Positions 34,901 through 47,600 of a stretch of DNA of 64,000 nucleotides are shown here, one piece after another. The DNA lies in contig JAQGDQ010000458.1 in the NCBI GenBank assembly GCA_030141605.1, positions 93,860-157,859 of the forward strand. The letters run 5' to 3'. This DNA comes from Tubiluchus corallicola (taxonomy: Eukaryota; Animalia; Priapulida). The position numbers and the translations under genes are program-made. The notes below the pieces were generated by a model that was given only the letters and a program-made list of their open reading frames with translations, was not told the origin of the DNA and did no database searches. Position 1 is the first letter of the stretch, and each line of letters opens with the position of its first letter.

Positions 34901-37900
34901 TTATCCAATCACAACGGGGATAGCAAGAATGCCCGAGAGGGATATAGTGATGTCAGGTTACAGGGTACCTAAAGGTACCATATGTTTTGCCAACTATTAC
35001 CACATGGGTAGAGATGAAGAGCTGTTTCCGGAAGCTGAGAAATTCAAACCGTCCCGCTGGCTGAGGACAAACGAGCAAAAGCTTCCCGATCCGTACGCTT
35101 CGCAACCGTTCGGACTCGGGGTTCGGAGTTGCATTGGAAGGCGGGTTGCTGAGTTAGAACTATATCTAATGTTGGCTAGGCTGGTGCAAGAGTTCGAGCT
35201 AAAACTGCACGGAAATGGAAAATTAAACGTGACGGTTGTGGGTCTGCTGACACCGGGAAAAGAGATCCCAGTCCAGTTCATAGACAGGAAATAACTTGCT
35301 GCATTCAATGTGTAGTTAACACCTTTTCCCGCCTTAATTTTCATAACACCTTTTCCCGCCTTAATTTTCATAGCACCTTTTCCCGCCTTAATTTTCATAA
35401 CACCTTTTCTCGCCTTAATTTTCATAACACCTTTTCCTGCCTTAATTTTCATAGCACCTTTTCCCACTTTAATTTCCACAACACCTTTTCCTGCCTTAAT
35501 TTTCATAACACCTTTCCCGCTTTAATTTTCATAACAATTTTTCCTGCCTTAATTTTCATAACACCTTTCCCGCTTTAATTTTCATAACAGCTTTTCCCGC
35601 CTTAATTTTCATAACACCTTTCCCGCTTTAATTTTCATAACACCTTTTCCCGCCTTAATTTTCGTAACACCTTTTCCTGCCTTAATTTTCATAACACCTT
35701 TCCCGCTTTAATTTTCATAACACCTTTTCCCGCCTTAATTTTTATAATACCTTTTCCCGCCTTAATTTTCATAACACCTTTTCCCGCCTTAATTTTTATA
35801 ATACCTTTTCCCGCCTTAATTTTCATAACACCTTTTCCCGCCTTAATTTTCATTTGTACAAACTGTTTATTAATATTTATTGCAAATAAGTGTAATTAAA
35901 AGTTTCTAGTAAAGCTGAGAAATTGGCAAAAAAAGACACTTAGAGGCGTCTTCGCACTTTCTTAAACATCTCAACCTCGGATATAAGGCACACCTCGGGA
36001 TCGGAAAAAAACGTCCCTTATATCCGATGTCCCATGTAGCCGAAGTTGAGTCAGACCGAGGGTGTATCTAGACCTGTACTTTTCTGTACTTTTACCCATA
36101 TTTCTATGGATTATTGCTACACATTCAGTGCAAACAGTATGTAGGAAGCTCCTTCAGTGATGCGAGATGTATGTGACCGCGGAAACCGAGCTGTTCGAAG
36201 GCCGAGTTTGCAAAAAATTGAGATTAAAAATGGATCAATTTCACTTTGATCATAGTGTACCTTATATGCGAGGTAATTTACCTGGGTTTTTATTACCCGG
36301 GACCTGAAGATATCGTCCCTTACAACCGAAAGTCCCCTATATCCGAGTACCTTATATACGAAGATTTTTATACAGGAAAAACGTTACAAAAAATCGGGAC
36401 CAGTGTTGGTGGTTCCTTATAAACGAGTATCTCTTATAAGCAAGTATCTCAAACTTGAGGTTGACTTTACTGTAAATACCTATTTGATTCAAATTCAATT
36501 TGAAAAAATTCGACTCAATAACTGTTGATTTGATTCAATTTCAAAATTTTAACTTTTGAAAATTAATAATTTCATTTACTAAGATTTTCATGCACAAGAA
36601 AATAAAGAAAAGAAATGGCACCGATTACACTTACAGGCGTGTGTACGGCGGCGTGCAAGACGACACCCAAAGTGTAGACAAGTCGACCCAAAATCAGAGA
36701 ATCCTCACCGAGTAAATCCAGGGTGGCTCGATCTTTCCTAAAAAACAAAGATTTATTGAGTCACCCTGTACACAGAGAATCCTCACCAAGTAAATTCAGG
36801 GTGGCTCGATCTTTCCTAAAAAACAAAGATTTATTGAGTCACCCTGTACACAGAGAATCCTCACCAAGTAAATTCAGGGTGGCTCGATCTTTCCTAACAA
36901 ACAAAGATTTATTGAGTCACCCTGTACACAGAGAATCCTCACCAAGTAAATTCAGGGTGGCTCGATCTTTCCTAAAAAACAAAGATTTATTGAGTCACCC
37001 TGTACACAGAGAATCCTCACCAAGTAAATTCAGGGTGGCTCGATCTTTCCTAACAAACAAAGATTTATTGAGTCACCCTGTACACAGAGAATCCTCATCG
37101 AGTAAATCGAGGGCGGCTCGATCTTTCCTAACAAACAAACATTTATTGAGTCACCCTGTACACAGATTTGCTTGTGACCAAACAATGACGTCAATTTAAC
37201 AAAAACTTTTTTCTTTGGATCAAAACAGGAAAATATGAAAACCAACTTGAAACTTTCAAAATAGAAACTCAAGGGTTTCACGGGGCTCATGACTTTTACG
37301 ACTATCTGAAATTTTTAAAGTCTCGCAAATTTTAAAACATTTGCGGGTCTTCAAAGCTGTCACCAAAAGCTGTCTGGCTTCGGCAAAAAGTTTAAAAAAG
37401 TTTAGAGTTTGTTGCCGGTGTTGCAAAACTCGCCAGCTCACCAAAACTTCTCCGAATTGTTGTAAACTTGACTGAACAGTGAACATGCGCCAAGCCTCTG
37501 CAAATATGTCGTCAATTCTTTGTTGTGCTCGCCAACAATTTCAAAATTCGCTAAAACGCCGAGAACATTTTTGAATCGCTTTTGGAAACGGCGTGACAAG
37601 ATTGGAACTAAATTTTCAACATTTTGGTGCCCTTTTGGAGAATATTGTGCAACATTTGCCTTGTTGCGTATGTGTCACAAAAATCTGCAAACATGCGCAA
37701 ATACGTTGTGCGCATTTCATCCTCACGTTTTTCCTCGGAAATTTGCAAAAAAGTTGTAAACTCGTGAAAATTCAGAATTTTTTCCATATAATCTCAAGCA
37801 CATCTAAGAACAGAGTGTCTTAATGGGAAGGAGTTCTTCCCAAAGGGGAAGAGGGATAAGATTTAAAGGGAGAATTGGGATCACAGGTAGGCTTACTCGA

Positions 37901-40900
37901 ACAAGCAAAATTTTCATTTTTCTGCAAACTATAGTTCTATAAATACCTGACACATGGAGCATCGCATTACTGAATGTCAGGAATTAAATATAAAAAAATT
38001 CCTTGTGTTTTTACTTCCGCGTTCTGTAATCCGTAAAAAATGTCATTCAATTTGTATATTTGTATATGTGTATTTGTATTTGTAATGTGTATTCAATTTC
38101 AGCGAAATGGAATGGCTATTTGTTTATTTACAAGATTCTGTTTTAGACGTTAAGACACACCACAAGAAGTTATTGTGAAATGTGCAAAAGCAAATGCGAC
38201 CTTGTTAAAAACCAACTACGTAGTGAAAGGGTTAAGTCAAAATTTTGCTTAACTCAAATAAAAAATTACGGTCCATTTAATCAAAATACGTGTAATTTAC
38301 TCCGCCTAACTGAAACATGCAATATGTACTCTAGAAAAATAAAAAGTTTGGCACAACTCAAAAACAGTATCATCTTCCTGGAAAATTCTCATGTCTTACA
38401 AGTCGTACCCCGCGATTATTTTCTCCAGGACTGCAGATGATGATAACTGAATACTTGATGGAGAGAGTGTAAATAATTGAACTTCGCACAAACTAAACTG
38501 CAGTATGTAAGACATTGGTAGCCCCACTGTCATATTGTTTAATAGTGTCTCTAGAAACTAAAAAGTTTCGTACAACTCAAAAACAATATGGTCTTCCGGA
38601 AGAATTCTGATATTTTATACTGGTAGCCCCACAGCCAGATTATTTAACAGTGTTGTGTACGTGTCCTTGTGTAACATAAAAAAATCGTGTTTCACTACAT
38701 AATGTGTTATTCTTTACGTAATTGTCATCAAATCTTGTCATTTACGTACAGAAGGGTTGACTTTCTGCCTTCTATTTACCTCGCCGTCTGGAGGAGGGGT
38801 TTAGAGTTTCTATGCTGGAAAATGGTCAGTATCGCCTAACTCAAAGTTTTTTCGGTCCAGTTGGATATGAGTAATGCGGAGTTTACTGTACAGAGATAAG
38901 CTAAGTACCGTATTTATTCGAGTATAACGCGCACCCCTAATTTTCGATTAAAAATCGGTATAAACTTTTGTTTCACTTTTTCTCGGCTCAGACCAAGCAT
39001 TGTAAGTGACAAACGTTGTTGAAGAACTCCAGTCTCTAACATTCGTCTCTGGTACAGTGAATTCTCGGCTAGCTACTCGATTTCGCGGGCCAGGCACCGT
39101 CTAGACAAACCACCTAGACACCTTTGCACTTCTGACAAAGTCTGCTGATGACACAAATATTATTGATTATTTCCTTTGCTATGCCTCGCCTCTGCAGTGA
39201 GTGTTGGGCATGAGCCATTGAGAATTATTTATTTTAGATCGGCCAGGCAAGTGCTTTGGATACTGTTACTAAAAATAGACCATAGGCATTTTGTGGGTCG
39301 AGAGATGTGGCTGCATTGTGGTCAGCGATATCTTCGACTAATGAATCATTGCACAAATAATATACTGATACATCTAAGCGTGTCACCCCAGCCCTCGTTT
39401 ATAACGCGCACCCAAACTTTGAGTTCTTTTTTAGGTAGAAAAGTTTGCGCGTTATACTCGAATAAATACGGTAAATTTCGAGTGAACTAATATAGAACCA
39501 GACATACTTTGCAAAGTGAAGCAGCATTGTGACACGTAATGGTGAAACGGGGTGCACGGGGGGAAAGAAGGTCGAGAATCGCTGTTTAACGGAAGAGAAA
39601 AACGTTTACCTGTCGTACTTCAGGAGGAGCGGAAAAAAGAATTCTCCTGCGACCGACGCAAATCTGTTTTCCGATGAAAGTGGTTCCGCGTGACTGCTTC
39701 TCTTCTGAATTACGAATAAATTTCAATTACAAGAGGTAGTAAAAAGTTAAACGAAAAACCTACTATCAAACTGTCTCACAGATAAATACAGGGTGTCCCA
39801 TAAGTCACCATACACTTTCCTTCCTATTTTTCTTTTTAAATTTTCCAGAAATCTCAGCAAACTCTTATACGAATCAAAAAGAATGATTGGCAATTCTTTT
39901 CATTTATTTTTGGACTGGAACCCCGTTGCCATGGTGACGACAGTAACGTTAGAAATGAGGTAAAAATCAATCTGACAGAAGGTTGTGCTCTAACATATTT
40001 CGACACATTTCGGAAATTTCGACCTTGCCGAATCTCCGCGTCTTGCTTTCTATTCTCTGCTGCACGATCTCTCTCCAGTTTTCAGTCGTGGGTAAAGGTA
40101 GGCGGGCGCGGTCGGAAGTATCCCGTTCTGACAGCAGCTGGCTTTTCCCGTGGTGTGGTTGGGACAGCGACTGCGCAGCTGAAGCTAACACCTGTATTGA
40201 GAAACATCACGCAAATCAATGTTTACTGACAAAAGCAGTGACAACGAATAATTTTACCCTACAATTAAAAAACAATGAAAAAGAAATTTGGGATGTTTCA
40301 AACTACTGCTGCAGTTGTTCTCGTGAACAAAAAAATTATGAAAAAGAGAAAAAATTACGAGGAATTACCAGGAGCATATCAACCAACAGGCTAACTAGGC
40401 TATAGCCTCTGGCGCCAAAGTTTGTGGGCGTCACATTTCAGAAAAAATTCTTATTCGCCTCGAAAAATGTGCATACTTTCATGTTCATGTAAAGTGCACA
40501 TTTTATAACACGCCACAGGCAGTTAATGAGGTCAGCTTTATATAAGTGCCACATAACGAACAGGTGCAAGGTATTACACAACAAGCAGTTGTGCAGCCGG
40601 CTTGAATATGAACACTATGCATATACATGTAATTAATAATGACAATGTAGAAACTAGGTTAATAGTGTTTCTAATACACCACAAGTAATTATTAAATCCA
40701 CTCATTACATAAACAACTAAAAAGTCACAATAGAGATGGGACAAAACTATCAGCCTAGGGTGGTGTAACGTCTTGATACACACTTGGGAATTACTAGAAC
40801 TAGTAAACTTATTTTTGAGGAGTATTTTGTTTATAACATAAAAAGGATATCACAATAGAACATATGCAGACATGTCTATATATAAGCAAAAAAAATTTGT

Positions 40901-41654
40901 TTAGTAATTCTAATAATTTCTTGTGATTTTTTTTTGCCTCTTTCGTTCAGTTGAAGACCTACAGCGGTAGTTTTTCGCCAAGTTATCTGAACTTATTTCA
41001 AACGACCTACCGTTAAAATGGCTGCGTCTAACGGTCATCGCGGGAGTTTAAATTTAAAAGTTTTATACAACGTTACGGCCAATGCAAGCCATGCATATGA
41101 AAAGGTAGTACGTAAGTGGTATAAAATTTCGAGACGAATTTTTTAAGTTTTATGTAAGTGGAAGGTTTCTTGTGCTTTAATGCTTTTTACGTAAATATTA
41201 AGGGTGCAATCAATATTTTGCAATAAACGTTGTTAGTTTCTTATAACATTGAGGACAACACCACCACGTATTCTCCCGCACACAAGTGTGAAAGTCGTAA
41301 ATTATAAAGCGATAGTTAAGAATTTTAGGAAAAGAATTATCATCATAATTTATTATAAATAATACGAGGCCTCAAGCAAGCAGAAATATATCATCGATTT
41401 TCTCACAAAGTATTTCTACAAGCTCCCCCATTCTAAAGGTAACAAAATACATTCTTAATGCTCAAATTAACATAAAAGTTTTATACAGCGTTAAAGCTAC
41501 TGTAAGCTCTGTATGGCAACATGCAGGCAATACAAAATTTGAAGACAATTTTTCTTTGTGTATTGTTTTCAATACAAGAAATTGCCTTATCAGATACATG
41601 CACACAACGCTATTGTCAGAACAGAACGCTGTAGCTGCGTAGAACAGAAGTATT

Positions 41655-41692
<38 letters not shown>

Positions 41693-44600
41693 TTATTTCA
41701 CTCCAGCAATACATATACAATACATCAACATACAATATTATTGAAAAAAAGAAACAGTATAGGTAAAAAAAACGTTGATGAAGTCAAATTAACCAAATAA
41801 AAGAGTTGCTGTATGACACCTTGAAAGCTTGGCTTGTTAAGGTGGCAGAAATGAGTGAATAGTTAGGGTCAGTAGACATGATGGAATGGAAAAAAAATAG
41901 TAAAATTAGGGATAGGAAGAAGGAAAAGAGGAAAAGAAACGACCACAGTGTATGTTTAATTTACATAGAGGTATATTAAAATAGCATTATAATTGATTGG
42001 AGGCCATATATTGCGACTGCATGAGACATGGAACCACTAAAATTGTATTATAAGTATGAATCTAAAATGGTCCTTTTCAAGTACTTTTTGAAACTATAAA
42101 TAGTTTTGTGTATTTTTACTTGGGCACTTATTTTATTCCAGTTATTGGGGGCTGTGAATTTAATAAAGTATTAAATAATTAGCAGCAGAATTTTCAACTC
42201 ACTTCTAACACGTCCATCCGTTGACGGAGGTTATAATTCCTTTCATAAAATTGTTCAGTCAGGTACCTTGCCACCGGTTTGGGAAACGCCGTTGCTATGG
42301 CAACCATTGCCTTGTGACGTAGCACGGCAAAGTCTTCGGTGTGAAAGCTGTCGTTCAAATGCAGCAAAACTTTTGCTACTTCCACAGCTACCTATTAGAA
42401 CAGAAAACACGAAGACAGTAATTCAATTGTAATGCAATTAATTTAATTCTGTTTAATCGCCGTATCAAATTCATTTTATGTAGCAGTAAAATTTTTTAAA
42501 ATGTTAGTTTAGTTTAAACATAATTTATTATAGGATTGGATCAGACAGTTTGAACAACATGATTTAGGATCCTCACCACAACAGACTTTATACACTATTT
42601 ACAAAAACATTTACAGCAAGAATTGGCTATAACTACACAAGCTGACAAGTTTTACTACAAGATTACATTAGACATTAGTAGAAAATGACGGCTAGAAAAT
42701 ATTGATGTACGAATATTTAAGACTAATGCATTTCATATCAGATAGAAACTACTGGAAGCGTTTAATACGTAATATAAAGTCATGTATACATTGGAATATT
42801 TTACAGTTAGCAACATAGTTAAATTCATCTTTTCCGAATAATAACAACTTCAACAGATCATTATTTCCTAAGGCAGCTATATTAAGGTTTTCGGGCAGAA
42901 GTATTGCATTTAATCTATCAAACATAACAACCCTAGCTAGTTGATGCAATGGGCAGTGTAACAAAAAGTGTTCAACAGGCTCAAATCAAAATTCACAGTT
43001 ACAATTCGGCAATATTGGATGACCGTTCTAAAATGTTAAAAAAGGTACGTAGTAATGTGCTTTTCATTATACCAAACATGTACTAAAAATTAAAATTAAT
43101 AATCACTAAAGATTTTAGATTACATTTCACACAATTTTAAGGGTGGGTCATTGATAAAGACAGTTGATCTTAAATATTCATAGCCGATCTTAAATGTTTT
43201 AAATGTTTTATTGTGTTAACTGCAAAACATGATGCATGTATGAGATCCCATCAGTTTTAATGTAGGTTAATCAAACCAAACTGAAATGTACAACGTGAAT
43301 CCAGAATCGAACCCACGCCAATTTAATTCAATCTAACTCAGTCCTGTCCAGCCCTGTCCAGTCCAGTCAAGTCACAGTTTGGACCAACTAAGGTCTGTAT
43401 CCAGTTCAGTCTGGTCTAGTTGGGTCTAATTCAGAAGAGTCAAGTCCAGACTAGATTAGATTAGATTAGAATCTAAACTAAGGTAAGCGGTTGGCAGCTA
43501 TTTGGGAAAATATTGACACCATAAGTATTCCTCTACTGTCATGGGTACAGGTGCTACAGGGAGGAAGCCTGCTCTGTCACGCTGGGCTGGGTAGCATAGG
43601 TGGTAGAGCGTGGGTGTACTAATCCCAGGTTTTGGGTTCAAATACCAACTAGTCAACAATTTTTTAGCATCTCCTTTCTCTCATAAAGTGACTGCTAGTT
43701 GGCAGGGCGTTACTTTGCTTACATCACGTACATCAGTGTAACCACGTGTAAATCTCTATATATAAAAATAACAGAATCAATTAATGTGGACTTATTTGAG
43801 TCAACTGCCAACAGTTTTTATATACTTTTGCGTAGGAGCGGCCCGGTACTAGACGTTTTTGAGACAATTAGACGATTGATTCTACATTACCTTGAGTCTA
43901 ATATGTTAGGAGTGGCACATACTAGACATTTTTGAGACAATTAGGCGATTGATTCTACATTACAGTGAGTCTAATATGTCAGGAGCGGCCCATACTAGAC
44001 TTTATTGAGACAATTAGACGATTGATTCTACATTACAGTGAGTCTAATATGTCAGCAGTGGCCCGTACTAGACTTTATTGAGACAATTAGGCGATTGATT
44101 CTACATTACCGTGAGTCTAATATGTCAGGAGTGGCCCGTACTAGACGTTTTTGAGACAATTAGACGATTGATTCTACATTACCGTGAGTCTAATATGTCA
44201 GGAGCGGCCCGTACTAGACGTTTTTGAGACAATTAGACGATTGATTCTACATTACCGTGAGTCTAATATGTCAGGAGCGGCCCGTACTAGACTTTATTGA
44301 GACAATTAGGCGATTGATTCTACATTACCATGAGTCTAATATGTCAGGAGCGGCCCGTACTAGACGTTTTTGAGACAATTAGACGATTGATTCTACATTA
44401 CCGTGAGTCTAATATGTCAGGAGCGGCCCGTATTAGACGTTTTTGAGACAATTAGACGATTGATTCTACATTACCGTGAGTCTAATATGTTAGGAGCGGC
44501 CCGTACTAGACGTTTTTGAGACAATTTGGCGATTGATTCTACATTACCGTGAGTCTAATACACAGCGCCACTGTACTAGCCTTGTAACAATAAATACGGA

Positions 44601-47600
44601 CAATTGGCAAAATCTAAGAATCTCACTCCACTTCCGACAAACCGAGATGTAAGTGTATATATAATGCTTTTGTCAAGCAAACAGAGATACATTAGTATGC
44701 TTTTCTACTAAAGGATGTCTAGTTGTAAGTGTTCTCTAGACATTCTCCTAACGTTCTTACCTCGATGTCAATAAATTTTCCTTCCTTCACTATTAACGCC
44801 TCGGCAGCTTTTAAGCAAACTTCAGTTCTGCAAGGATCCTCCGTGCTAATCAACCCTAAACAGTGAGCAAGCAGATGATTTAATAAATACGTTTAAATAA
44901 TAAATACGTTTAAATAGTAAATATGTTTAAATAATTCATGAAAAACAAAGGGGAGTGAACAAAACAACAAGTAAGTGAAGAGAAAGTGGATGAACAGAAG
45001 AACAAACAAACAAATGAGCAAACGGAAATACGAAAGCAGATTAAAGAACGAACGAAAAAAGAGCAAATGAACGACCACATGGAAAAACGAACAAACAAAC
45101 AAACAAACGAATTATCATAATGGATGCGCATGAATTCTTAAAGGGAAAGGAAAGGGAATTTTTAAAATTTATCTCAAAAAAACTTTTCACACAGAATTAT
45201 ATTACTTTCCATTATGTTTACCTGTGTGAAAGATTTACGCAATTGGAAAAGAAAATTCTTAGTAATTTAAAATTCACCTGGTTCAAATGCCACTTTTCGT
45301 TATCGCAGTGTGCACCAAAAAATGTCACTGGATCACCAAAAATATATTGTCAAATCTCCATGGCAACAAAACTAATTGATATTTTTGCTTAGTTAGTAGA
45401 GTGTGCTAGGAAAGCTGTCGTTATTTTTTCAAACTTTGTGCAATGTTATTAGACAAAAACACCATTACAATTACATACACAGATATATTACATACAATTG
45501 CATAAACAGGAAACAGAATTACTACAATTACTTTTCAAGTGAGTAATTATTAGTGAACAAATGATGTAACTGTTTGCAGCTGAGGTAAAAGCTGGAACTT
45601 GGAAAGTCCCACTGCAATGCATGGTGTGTTGTTAGCTTTCAACGGCAGGATAAAGGAGATGTGCAATGAAAAGAGATGAAATGAGGGTAAAATAAAGGTG
45701 TAAGCAAGTAACGTAAGTAAGAAGAGAAGAAAAAAACCAACAGAGAAGAAAAAAGAGTTATCTAAACTTGTTTCAAATGACTTATCATTAAAACGACAGC
45801 ATTTAACGGTCATCACGGAAGTTTAAATTTTCAATGCTTACACAACGTTACTGCCAATGCTTACACAACGTTACTGTCAATGCTTACACAATGTTACTGC
45901 TAATGCTTACACAACGTTACTGCTAATGCTTGCACAACGTTACTGCTAATGTTTACACAACGTTACTGCTAATGCTTACACAACGTTACTGCTAATGCTT
46001 ACACAACGTTACTGCTAATGCTTACACAACGTTACAGCTAATGCTTGCACAACGTTACTGCTAATGTTTACACAACGTTACTGCTAATGCTTGTGCACAA
46101 CATTACTGCTAGTGCTTACACAATGTTACTGCTAATGCTTACACAACATTACTGCTAATGCTTACACAATGTTACTGCTAATGCTTACACAACGTTACTG
46201 CTAATGCTCACACAACGTTACTACTAATGCTTACACAACATTACTGCTAATGCTCACACAACGTTACTGCTAATGCTTACACAACGCTACTGCTAATGCT
46301 TGTGCACAATAAGGCAGTATGAAGGTGAAGCAAATTTTCAAGACTAATTTTTTAGCTTTAATAAAGAAAAGGTTTCTTGTACTTTAAGTTCAAATGGAAC
46401 TAGCATCATAACCTGCATGAAATTTAGTATGAAATAAGAGCCCAAATATAGAGCGGAACAAAAGATACAAAAATTGGCCAACAATTATCAAAATACAAAT
46501 GTGCACTTGCAAAGCAAAATCGTCTATAAGTCGGTAATTGAGGCTTTCTAGTTATTCACATATCCTGAATCTCCATTTCATGAGGATCATTTTGATACCA
46601 AGTATGTTATTTCTAAGCTATGCACTCAAAAACACAACCTCGAGAAATTCGCTGTTAAAGTTCGCCATTGTTTTTGTCGCGTTTCTACAAAACGCTCAGC
46701 AACCGTACAAATGTTGGTTGCTACGGACTTTACAAGAGTAAATTGGAGTTACGTTTAAATCCAGTAGATGGCTCTTCCTGACCAAGATCTGGTCTTGTCA
46801 ACAGAAAAAATACGAAACAAAATTACTGTTTCCATGAGCTATTGTCAGAGTTTGAAAATACAAGTTTTTTTACAATTGCAGTACTAGCTTCTAGCTGGAA
46901 AAGTGGGCATGGGGTCATAAAGTTAGATTTTTAGTATTTTTTGAACACTTTCTTGATAATTTGATGCTAGAATACAAAAGTCCAACATATTTAGCATTTG
47001 TTTTCATAAAAAATAAAAAATCTACATTTGACCAAATTTTTGGTACTTTCTACTTTGAAGCATCGTAACGTAGTTTTAACTATGCCGACTTGTGGACGGT
47101 TTTGATTTGCAAGTACAAAAATTAGCGTTTTCAGAAAAGGATATTCCCTGCACCAGAAATTGACGGACTTTGCGAATTTGTCACAAATTTCAGCCGAGCA
47201 GACGCAGAGGTTGAAAATTTTAAAACAATTCGATGACTCGTTGCACTACCACATAATAATTATTTAACTAAATAACCATTTCAAACTAATTAAGCGTACC
47301 ATCAATACAGTCTCGTATGTAGACCGGTGGCTGGTTTTTGCTGACTGGTTTGTCATGCGACATGTCGTACGGTTCCAAGTCATCGTCACTGAAATCAATA
47401 TTATTTAAAGGAAAACTGGATGATTGTGTAAGCACAAGTTGAGAATAAAGAATGCTCTAAAATATTGAAAACTACAATAGCTTATTTTAAAGTCAAAGCT
47501 TAGATTAAATAGTAATTACCTCGGATACTCAAATTTTGTTAAACTTTCAAAGTTAGGCGCTGCTCAGTGAATGTACCAAGATTGGCAGCGGCGCCTTTTT

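Noticed and set aside
33710-35506. Antisense ORFs over the P450
   Set aside because: Shadow frames of a GC-richer CDS and the 27-bp repeat.
36723-37199. 158-aa + strand repetitive ORF
   Set aside because: Antisense read of the 78-bp exon-junction array.
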